Positions 40,701 through 52,700 of a DNA stretch of 64,000 bases are shown here, one piece after another. The position numbers were made by a program, and so were the translations under genes. The DNA is from Ascidiella aspersa (Eukaryota): assembly GCA_963924565.1 (NCBI GenBank), contig OZ004614.1, forward strand, positions 7,626,001 through 7,690,000, given 5' to 3'. Below the pieces are notes generated by a model. That model was given only the letters and a program-made list of their open reading frames with translations, did not search any database and was not told the origin of the DNA. Numbering within the stretch: position 1 is the first letter of the stretch; each line of letters opens with the position of its first letter.

Positions 40701-43700
40701 GTTTTATTGATTTCATTTGGCTTGTGGTTAAACGAGCGTGATGAGTATATTGAAAATGTTTAAAATAAATTGAAAAGTCTTGTTTCATGTGGTAACTTTA
40801 AATCCATTTGTTAATTTAAACTTCTCTTTTTTGTACACATGTGTAGCCACAGTTCTCTGAAATTGTATGTCAAACTTTCTCTAAATTACAGTGTTTTGGA
40901 ATACTTTAGACCAGTGGTTCGCAAACTTTTCAGGCCGCATACCGCTATAGTGGCTTTAACTGTTACTGTGTATCACTTGGTTTGAAATCAGACCATTTTG
41001 CTTTCTTTTACTGATGTTCATTAAAAAAAATCATTATTTCGTTAATTCCCAAACTTCACAAACAGTAAAACCTGCTGCTGGATTACCACCTAAAAAGCCT
41101 TCGTGTACCGCTATTGATACGTGTGCCATTAGTATAGATTGAGAACCACTGCTTTAGACGTTCGAAATTTCAATATCGACACGAGCGTGTAAGTTTGCGA
41201 GTTAACAAAACTGTCGTTAACTTCTTTCCGTTCGTTAATGAGAAATTGTTTCACTTATAGTTTTATAGTTTTTACGAATAATTAAAGTGTATACTATATT
41301 GGGCGATGTAACATAACCTAAGCGAAAAAAAGTTGTTTTAATGAGTATTGCAACTATAATTTATACTTATCTGGGCCTAGATATTCTATAGTATGGTTAT
41401 TTTATGTCGTAATACCCGATGTACAGTAATTTTACTAATCAAGGCACTTTTACACAAAGATTCTTTTTAGCCTTTTTTTCCCACACGAGTATCTGCATAC
41501 GAGTTCACTTTTAAGTTCAGTTTACATTCAATTGGCAAGACAGCGGTAATTGATTGCAGTTAATAGAACACCGCACTTCGTTTGATTCTGACCGAGAATT
41601 GATTTAATCCCCGCGACATTCAAATCCGCGTTGCCCACAACTGACAGGTGGAATTACATGCAATCGATAGTGGTTTGCGTTGTCGGGTACTAATACTTAA
41701 AAAAGTTAGGCTGGGAGTTCGGTGTTGTGGCATAAGGCACACTGAATCTTGTGGGAAGCAAGGACCTCAATTAAAAATCTTCACCGATTCTCTATTGTTT
41801 TTGATTTCCACTAATAAAGTGACACCGCGCGTAAAAAATGTCGTTTTAATAAAGTTGTCAGGGTAGGGGGCAAAGTGAAAAACACCATGTTTGCAATTTT
41901 TTGACCAGTCATTTGCCACTGCAACTGGCTTTAAACCAGGGTTTCTTAACCAGGGGTGCGAACTGTTCCTAGGGGGTGCGGGGATGCTAAATCAGACACA
42001 GAAATTACATTGCTGTAATCTACTTCTTTGCGTAATTAAATGTTAAAACTAACTCTTATTTTGGTATTGTGTTACTATTTTATGAGTTATTTAAATCTTA
42101 AAAAAAATATAAAAATTACGATTTTTTTGTTATGTAAGCAAAAGGGGCGCGAGACTTGGTTGGTAATTTGAAAGGGGTGCAGCAAGGCAAAAGGTTTAAA
42201 ACCTCTGCTCAAACTATTTTTTGTCCCATAAAAAGTGACTGCAAGTGTGAAAGCATAATTGAGTTTTTTTCCGTACCAAAAGTCAGCCGAACAAGAAGCA
42301 AGCACGAGCTGTTTTGAACAGCAAAAAAGTTTTTTTTTTGACAATTAAACTCAAAATCCACAGAAGCGCTTTTCGATGAAACATCTTCAGCACAAGTTTT
42401 CAATCGATCGTTTCGAAAGTTAGGCGCCTGTGGTCTGCTGGGACGTTTCATTTTCCGGTCGAACTCGAGGTCGCCATCTCCTATAGCGACCTTCAGGTGT
42501 CCGGACGCCCTTTGACCCGGCCAATTCACCTCTGACGCGTCCGCGCGCCCCTAAGGACTCGTATAGAGGTCACGACACGTGTGACGTCATCCTATACGTT
42601 GCCGCGACCACGCGTTCGCTTTGCCCGAGTGAAACCGGCTCGTTTTTTGAGCGTCGGCTCCGCCTACCATTGAAACGCGAGCTAAAACAAACTTGTTCTG
42701 AACATCTGCACGGACTCCAAGCTCCCAACTCGTGTGAAATTTCCCGACATACGATGTCGGAGGAAGCGCTTGTTTGTTTGTCAGCTTGTTTGTTTAGCCG
42801 CAGTCCTTTGGTTATTTTCTTCTCCGTCGGCGCCTTTTCAAAGCGGAGCGCTGACGGCGCGCGATTTTTCCGAGTCTCTGTTGTTTTCGAGTCGCGCCGA
42901 AGCTGCTTTTGTTTGGCGGCGAATGCGCGCAATTAGACACGCCGGGCGCGAATAAACAAGCGCGCGATCGTCTGGCTACCTCCAAGAGCCCCTTGCTTTA
43001 AGTCCTATGCCGGGGCGTGAGTATACCGTTGTACGCTCGCGTATCCCGAGTTTTCTCAAAATTGTCGCATTAAGATCGTTTCGTAAAATTGCCGAAAACC
43101 AACATCCTCTGTGTGTTTTGGACATTGTTCTTTTCCCGGGCATTTTCCCACTCACAAATTCACCCACAGACCTTTCGAAATGACTTAAGTTCCAGGCTAG
43201 TCATTTGAAAAAATATTGTCTTTTTTTCAATAAATAACTCGTCAAGTATTACGTCATTAAAACACTTGTACCCCTAACTCAACTAAAACAATTTCAATTT
43301 AGAAACGTTTTGTGAAAAACCTTAACTCGCCCCAATGCGTTACCCTTTCCTGGCAGTCAGGCAAGAAAACAAGGGAACGTGAATGTTAGTCTTTCAGGTC
43401 ACAACCCAACAAAGGCTCTCCCAAACTAAACACAAGACAGTCCCCAAGTTAACCTAATCCCTAGGGACGGAATAACCCTAATAGGTTCCCTATGAACTCT
43501 TAAGGCTGGTTCACACTAGACGCGTTAACGTCTAGCGTTAGCGTCTGGCGTCTAACGTCGTCCAGTTCACACATAACGCGTAGCCAGCGTTAACGGCAAA
43601 TTTCCTCGCTTCTAACCAAAAGCGTCAAAGTTGAAATATTTCAACTTTTCCGCAACCGAAAGCGTTTTTTAAAAACGTTTGACGTTAACGCTAGACGCGT

Positions 43701-46700
43701 CTAGTGTGAACCAGCCTTTACGATTGTGGTACACCCACCATAACTCTAATTCAGAAATATTAAATGAGTAAATGCAAAATAATAATAAAACTGAACTATA
43801 CAATGAAACATATGTACACACATATACGACTCGTTCCCTTCTGAGCCTGCATAGCTCAGTTGGTAAAGCGACGGTCCCGGCTTGACGGGAGGTCGTGAGT
43901 TCGAACCTCACTCCAGGCTAGTTGTTTTTCTAGTCTGCTCTGCTTGCATCATTGATCGACAGACTGGGTGAGTCTGCAATGGCTTTTCGGTGTACTAAAA
44001 CTGAACTATATAACAAAAAAAAATAAAATTTTTCAAAATCATTTGTTTATACTATGAATTGTGGCTTATTTTGTTAATATTAGGGTAGAAATAATTTAAG
44101 CAAAAAAATATTAGGGTAGAATAATTTAAGTCATTTTGGTGCCTCCTTTCCCTGTTTGCTTTAACGTGCTTATTTTGCTTAATGGTTGAGGCAGCCCTAC
44201 TAAATCAACTATAGACAACAAGTTAAAATTGGAATCGTTTGGTATTACAGTGTACAGAGCAACATTGCAATTGCAACTAAACCATAAACTAAATAGAAAA
44301 TACAAATATTAAGCGAGCATATATACCGATTGAAATCGTTTTGGAATTTTGGGTGCAGCGCAACATGGAAATTGCATCCTAACCCTAAATTTAGATTGAA
44401 CCGCCATAACTCAATTAACAATAAGCGGGAATATACTGACTGGAAATTGTTTGGTCTTACAGGTTGCGGTGCGAGCCAGGCAGAAAAGGACCTGATCAAC
44501 AAGCTGCTCACCAACTACGAGCCGATGGTGCGACCCGCCTCAAGCTACAAAGAAGTGGTCAACGTGACTTTCTCACTGACTCTGCAGCAGATCGTAGACT
44601 TGGTGAGCGTTTACCTAAAACTTGATTTAATCCAACCTTGAACCGAATCCATAGTGTTGAATAGGCACATCTTAATGCAATTTTGATCCGATTGTGTGTT
44701 TTTTGTCTATTATTGTCATAATAAGCCAATGAGCGCCGGAAAAACGGTAGAGTATAGCAGGGCTTCTTAAACTTTTTTAGTTTTGTTCACCCCATAGCAT
44801 CTCTCTCCAGATTTCATTCACCCTTGTCTCATGATATGATAAAACTATCTCGTCTGTAAATCACAGCACAAAATGACTTACAGTAGGTTGTTTCGATTTT
44901 TGTTAGCTTGAACAACTCAAGCTAAGTTTTACCATTGCAAATCTACAATTTCTCGAGTCCAGAGATATAAAGCTACAAAAGCACTAAACACAGTCGCAAA
45001 GTTTAGAAAAACAATGGACTATCATCCATTTTTGACGGTTCACCCTTATTCACCCCTTTTGGTTGGTTCACCCCTACAAAAATTGTATTAGCACAACGAC
45101 GTTACAAAGCGGAGGTCTACAAAAATATGTGACGTAACTTAACATAAAGCATACCGGCCTAACAGTCTTCTTCCAAAACGCCCCGCTTGTTTGAGTAACT
45201 TTCAAAATTGCTAATCCATGTTAAACTGCCAATCCAGGTGTACCTAGTGGTTGTTGTTGTTCTGAATTTAGGTTACTATCAGATTTCTATGTCCCCCCGT
45301 AAAGTTAAAAATAGTATAGCTGCAAGAAACATGTGTTCACGTCTAGTTTTAACTTACAGGATGAAAAGAACCAGCTTCTGACCACCAGCATGTACATGGG
45401 ATGGGTAAGTGCAGTTGTGCTTTCGCAACTATTTGCTTTACAAGAAAATAATTAGAAACTTCTGCTCTTGAAGCCTATATGTAAACCCTTGGAATAGCTG
45501 AGCGAAATCCTTGCTATACAGATAGCCGATTAACTGGAAACTATTACCATAACGTATAGTCGACATCATGGGCGCATTAAACGCGTGTTGCACGGTCTAA
45601 AACTATTTTTTTGACTGATTGTCCTACATAAATGCAAAAAAACTTTCGCTCGCCCGAAGCTCTACGTCTTTGTAGAACGTTTTCGTTGTTTTGTTAGAAT
45701 ATTTTAAGCAGAACTGCCATTTTTACTTAATTTAACACAAAAAATATTGACGTTACGTGACGTTGATTGTTTTATGCCTTGCACAATTTATTATTTCAAA
45801 TCATCTTGGTAAATGCATTAATATCGAGTAACTTGCGAATTTTGCTCGTGTGCTCAAAGCGCCACTCTCCATAAAATTTGATGTTTGGTAAATTGAAACA
45901 CTCTTTATTTGGTGTATGTTGACAAAATTAGGTTGTGTATTCGCGCAAGAGTTCGACCAAAAAAATTTCATAAAGTTACTTGTATCATGACGTCAAGCTA
46001 TATTACACATGTGCATAGTGTACCCAACTTCTATCGAGGTCCAGTAGATGTTGGTGATCTGAATGAAAACTTACTTACGTGTGTTGTAAATCGCTCTCCA
46101 ATTCCATCTAGCGGCAAGATTAAACCTCGATTAATTTTTTAAGGGTTGGAATGACACGTATATGCACTGGGTACCAGCAGACTACGGCGGAATCAAGAAC
46201 ATTCGGATTCCAGCCCAAAAGCTGTGGAAACCGGATATCCTGATCTATAACAGGTATGAAGGGGAAAATGTCGTATTTTTAAATGAAGAACAGTGAACGT
46301 GGCCGTAAGCTAAAAACCTAAATTTCATGAGTGACACAAAGCAGTAAATAAACTTCAAGGCGCGCATTAAAATAAAAAAATGTGCCTCGTACATCCTATG
46401 TTAGTCTCAAAATTATACTGGGCCTTGAAAAAGTCTTCTATATACGCGTTCAGTGTAAACAGCGATAGGAGCCCTTCATTCGGCTTCTTCCTGGGCATTA
46501 TCTTTTTTAATATTACTTAAATTAAAAAACTAATTCGTATAATATATAATTTCCCCCAATAGGGAATAACAAGGGTTTAAATTGCTGTACATAAAAATAT
46601 AATAGAGTTTGTGATAAGATAAGGTGTCAATATGTACATTGTCGTCAACATTGTGCAAACTTATATTAGTTTTATTTCCGCGGATATTAATTTTGATCAT

Positions 46701-49700
46701 TTTCGCGAATAATAATTTTTGATCCCTTGGCGCGAATAATTGGGGTCTTGTCATAGCCGGCGTCCGCCTTAAGTACGATTCCGCATTTCGATAATTTCGC
46801 TTATTTCGTTCATTTCGGCCGCAAATTGTCAGCTGAATTGCCGCGCGGCGGTTAATAATATACTGGCATCTAATCGACCTTTGGGAAGGCTGGTTTAATG
46901 GGAACAATTTGCACAAGCTAAACGGCCACTTAGGTTTGGCAGCCGTCCAAGGGACCGGAAACTAGAAGGGGAGAATATGCCTTGCGTTTCTTTTAGGGAT
47001 CTCCGACGCTTGGCATTTTTTCCGATACAGATGCCCGAATTTTTCTGCACAAAGTACCGAGATCCGATACCATATGACGGCATGAACACCCTGAAAGAAG
47101 CGAAATAGATAAAATTTAAACGGTCAGTAGTCTTTTTTCTCTGGTTATTGGGCCCAAAGTTGGTTTAGCGTTAGGTCGTCTATAGTTGGTAACCTGTTAT
47201 TTTATTGATAAAATCACCATTAAAAGTAGAATCGCTACGTTTAGATCAAAAACGACGACTGAAATTCCTATATTAATTTAGTATCGGAGCGGCACCGATA
47301 CAACTGTAGCATCGGTATCGTGTATCGGCTCCGATCCAATATTATCAGGCATTCCTAGGTTATTTTACTCGTTCTACCAATTGGCGGCATCACCACCCTA
47401 AAACCAGCAAAATATATAAAATTTAAAAGTTGAATAGCATTTTTTTCCAGGTCATTGATTTGGTTTAGCGTTAAATCGTCCCGTTGTTAACCTACAATTA
47501 TATGGATAAATTCACATGTCAAAGTGGAATACTATGGAAAATATTCCTATATCAATTTGGCATCGATAATAACACTTAGCGGCTCCGGTCCTATATTATG
47601 GGTCATTCCTAGGTTATAATACTCGTCCTGGCAAAGTTGACTTGGGATCAGCCCTTACCCACACCTACTTTCCACCGATCTATTATGCATAGCAGGCTCG
47701 GGAAAGAGTCAGTCGTTTCCGCCCACTTTGTCCAACTTTGCGGGTTCGTTCCGCTCCAAGTTGCCCAAACTCTTCGCCCTTAACACGCGTTCATGAAAGT
47801 TTAATTGGCGTTTTGCCGTGAAAAGGCGTGCCCCGAGCCGCCTGCATAATTCACAGCCGACCCCCCTTTAGTACACGCGTGAGTATAGGCGATAATAATG
47901 TGCGTAGAAAACTTTGGCCTTGGGATTTTTTTTGCTACTTTGCTGTCATTGTAACGGGTTTTCCGGTGAATCATATTGTGTGCTAAACTATTTACACAAA
48001 TGTGTGTACAACTGTGGGAGCTTTGAAAGGCGTACTGATAAACAATTCCGATGTTCATATATCAATAGTATTCTCGGAGATTTTTTAACCCCTGATAGAT
48101 TGACTGATTTAGGTTAGCCCATAGAATACTCATGGTCACCTAAATCAATTGTTTTTTCAGGCAAATGTCACAGAAAAAACGTCAGTCATTTAACATGTTT
48201 ATTTTGTTGCGTCTACCTCTGTTATTCCTGTCGTTTCTTGCATATTCTTTCTAAATCATTCAACATTTGACCTAGGTCGTTTAACCATCAGTAAAAAGTG
48301 TTTTCTGATTTGGTCTGGCCTACAGCAATTCCAAGACTATACCGTTTTTAAAACATTTTATTATACCCAATGCTCTTTCATTGCCAAAACACTCAACGAA
48401 AAAATTTGATTTCTAATTAGTTTATGATTCAGAATCATATACCACAATTACAATAAAAAAACAAAAAAATAATTTTTAAGCCTTTTTGCCATACCAAATG
48501 CCATCGTTCTGTGTCACTCCAAAAGAAAAAAACACTCCAAAAGAAAAACATGTTTTTAATTCATTTCTGGTTAGTTTATGATTCAGGAGCACATATTGCA
48601 CTTAGAGGAATCAGGTGACACTGTATTAAGACAAATTGTATTGAATTCTCGACAAGCCTTCGCACAACCGTGCTCCATCATTTCAAAGTACAAAACTGGT
48701 TAAATTGGCAAATGCGACCATTTACAAATATACTGCAATTACAATGCAAGAAAATCATACGATTTAACATAAAAACAAACGATGCTTCGCAGCGCTGTGG
48801 ACACGTTTGATCAGATGCTGCAAACCAACCTAATCGTCCACCACCACGGGCTGGTCGAATGGCTTCCTCCCGGTCTCTTCAAGACGACCTGTGACGTCGA
48901 CATAAAGTACTTTCCCTTCGACGAGCAGCGATGCCACATCAAGTTCGGCACCTGGACCTACCACGGCGGACTGGTGAGTGTGATTTTTAAGTGCAGGTTC
49001 ACAGGCACCTGTCTAGTTTAACCGGTCAGGAAAAACAGGACCACTTATTGACCCATTTTCAGTGGAAATGTCCGAAACTTGACATTTTCCGAATATTTTT
49101 TAGAATATTTTTACATTTTATTTCCGATACCGAATATAAATATTTTACATTTTATTTCCGATACCGAATTTTTTTACAATTTTTTTGTGTATATCTTGTT
49201 TCTATTCCGATATATTTTGCCAGTTAAAAGGCAACTATATATCTTGGTCACCGGTCATGAATACCGGACCGGCTATCCCTATGGCAATTAGTTCGCCTCT
49301 TATTGATCCTTTTTAAGTAGATATGTCTGATACTTGACACTTTAATCCGATACCTGTAATTGACATTTTGGACAAAAGCTGTCGCAATCCGATACCAAAT
49401 TACGTCATTGCTATGCATAGAACAATCGAAATAGATAAAAATGAAAAGTCAATTTTTCCTACTGATTAGGCCAAAAGTTGCTTTAACGTTAAGAAGTCTT
49501 GTTATCTCCAGTTGCTAGCCTACTTTTTGTTGTTAAAAAGATTGCCTTTTCAAATTAAGTATAATCCCCGCATTCATGGATGAAATCCTTGCATTGATTT
49601 GGTATCCTGTCGGCGCCGATACCACCGTAATATCGGATGAGTACCGATAATGCCACTTGGCATCTGGCATTGGCACCGATCCGATGTTATTGGATATCCC

Positions 49701-52700
49701 TAATTTTAAGTTTAAAAGCTATTTAGATTACCGGATATCGTTGTTCACCTGTTTTAGAATTGGGGAAATCTGTAGAAGGCTTGTTTCCGATAGTATAGCG
49801 TTTGTGCAAAATTTAGGTAACTGTGCTTTTCTGTCGGTTTTGATAGTCACGGGGACAAGGTAAAAATCGTAGCTTTAAGCGTAAGCGGCGATTTAGACAA
49901 GCCCTTTTGTTTAGAATGTTAAAAGACATGCTTAACTTCTCATATTGTGCTTATGTGCTTTTAGGTTGATCTGGTGGTAGCGCCTAACGCCGAAGCGGCC
50001 CTGGACAGCTACACTCCAAGTGGAGAATGGGACCTCCTTTGTAAGCATCTTGTGGTTTGCTATTTGAAATGCAATATGCAATACTTTTTTGTTGCTCTTT
50101 AGTATTTTTTTTCTCTTCTGTTCCATGCTTATACCAGTTAAATAACAATGTACTAACAGTGCGGTATAATGAAAACGCCAAAAAGTGTAACAAAAAGCCA
50201 GGAAAATATTTAAATGTGATTCATGCCATGACAAAAAATAAAAAAATTGCATCGCAAAGCACCAAAAGTTACTCGAGACAATATATCAAATGTGATCCAA
50301 AACCCTAAAGACAGATCTCACTTAAAAAGTAATTTAAATAATTATTTATTGTCACGTGTAACTTTTAAATGAAGTTCCGTTGAATTCTCCGTCGAAATAA
50401 CCGTGTAATATAGGTTTTCAGAGAAAAAGTGAACTAAAAATAAAATGTTGGGCCAGTAAACTACTAAATATCCTATTAGAGCCAAAAATTATGCCCTATT
50501 TAATGTGGCAAATATTCTTTAGACTTTCCTGTCTTAGTCAAAGTCAGTCATTAAGAAGTTCCAGTCCACATTAATAAATAGTAGTCCGCACTAAAACTTC
50601 TTATTGCGGACTAGAACCTGTTAATAAATAACTTTGACTAAAACAACCAAGTCTAAAGAATGTTTGCTGCCATTTGAATCCATTGTCGTGATATACGTGT
50701 AAGGGTTAGGAGATATCTTCATATTTTACACATCAGTTTGTCACTATTTAATGTGGTATGCGGTCAAAACAGTAAAACAGCCCCTTTTTCGCGCCACGTG
50801 TGCAGCGATGCGCGGCAAGCGGACGGCGGTGACGTACGAATGTTGCGATCACCCGTTCGTCGACGTCACCTTCACGGTTCACATGAGGAGGAGAACGCTC
50901 TTCTACGGATTCAACCTGATCCTTCCCTGCGTCCTCGTCTGCTCCCTTACCATCCTGGTCTTTCTCCTCCCGGCTGACTCCGGGGAGCGGATCACTCTGG
51001 GTGAGAGTCCTCTTTTGTTTTCTTTTTCTTTTTGGTTTGTTGCATCGCGGTGTTAGCTTTATTTTTGACACAACTCGATGCGGCTTGAAACATATGCTGT
51101 TGGTTCTGGTATTATAAGTGTTGTAATGACTTAAGTGAGTAAGTTGACTTAAGTGCACTTAAGTCACCTTTTTAAAATGACTTTACTTGACTTAAGTCTT
51201 TCGGACAAATGACTTGACTCGACTTTGACCTGGGTTAAAATTAAGCGTTTTCATTCAGAATTTTTTCAAAAATTGAGTTATTTATCTTAATTTGCGCATA
51301 TAAAACAATTTGCTTACTATATGTTGCATTTATATTATTTTTTACTTGAGTTATTGCTAACAATCGGACGAGTTTACCAATTTCATTAGTTTAAAGTTTT
51401 ATTTTCAAGACAAAAGGACTTGACTTGAAGTTGACTTGCTCTAATTAAGACTTGACTTGAACTAGTCTTGGGCAACCGATGACTTGGACTGGGGCTTGAG
51501 TTGTTATTTATTCGAAAACATACTTAACGGACTTAAATTAATTAATGAATGACTTGACTTGGACTTAAGTCATTTCAAAATGACTTGTTCACAGCACTGG
51601 GTATTACTATTACACTGTAGCGGTGGATCTTTCCCATAATAAGTCGTGTCAGAGAATTTTACTAGGTTTGTGTCCAATTTTGAAGAAAGACCCCTCAAAA
51701 TCGATCTCAATAAATTAAACCACGTGGACTACTGCACTCATCAGCGACCCAGCCAATAAAATGGCATCCCAAAAAACACTGGTATAACATAACCGAAAAA
51801 ACGTTTACCAATAAAATCATTAAATAAACGACACTGTATGATGTTTTTTTTAGTGCATGTGTATTCAGATCGGACTCGCGGATTTCCTGGATATACTGTG
51901 CTATACTCTCCACGTGTGACTTGCATTATTGATACATATCTTGTTGCTTGTACAAGCGAACTACACGCTTTCGCCCTCGACCACTTAGCGCCTTAGCGAG
52001 TTCAAACCGGGCGGACACGAATTATCCGCATGTGTCGCTGGCGCGCTACATTTAAAATAAGGGACTAAAAATATGTACCGGATGGTGTCGCTAAAGATTT
52101 TTTTTTAATTTTCAACCGTTTTTCTTGGTGCCTTTCAACCTGTTGTCGTATTCGTGAGATTTAAGCTTTTAAACGTGAATAATTTCGTTTACTATAGGAC
52201 ATAAAAAGTAAATGGCAATCTGAAATATGATGTCTGACTACATTATGGTGATTTGTTGTTATTGCGAATACAACCCTTTAACACGATCGGGTGCGAAAAA
52301 AAACTACTCCGTTCATACTGAAGGTCTGAAAAATCCACCGTTTTTGGCACGTATATCCAAATGACAAAAACGCCGATTTTGGGTTGTTGGCCAAGAAATA
52401 AAGCCTGCGTTTTAACTCTTCTCATCCATAATGACAATAAGCAATGATAGTTCTGTAAAATGCATATTTAAACTTAGCGACGGGGTTTTAGGTTGTGGTA
52501 AATCTTAATTCTTTGTTCAAAATCTTAATTTCCTTATTCTTTTAGAAAATGGTACTGAAATACATATTGGCCGAAATCACTGTGTGTTGCATTATTTCAA
52601 ATTTGGAGAGCTGTATACTTATGTTATGTATAGCATATCTTATGTCCCAATTCATTTCAAAAGAAAAGCCCCGATTTTAGACAATATCCTCTTCTGTCCA

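Noticed and set aside
42670-42955. Hydrophobic ORFs as the nAChR signal-peptide exon
   Set aside because: No suitable ATG plus phase-1 donor; 31708-31771 fits far better.
43844-43919. Functional tRNA gene
   Set aside because: The anticodon arm has wrong spacing and a 6-nt loop, and the acceptor stem has a C-C mismatch.
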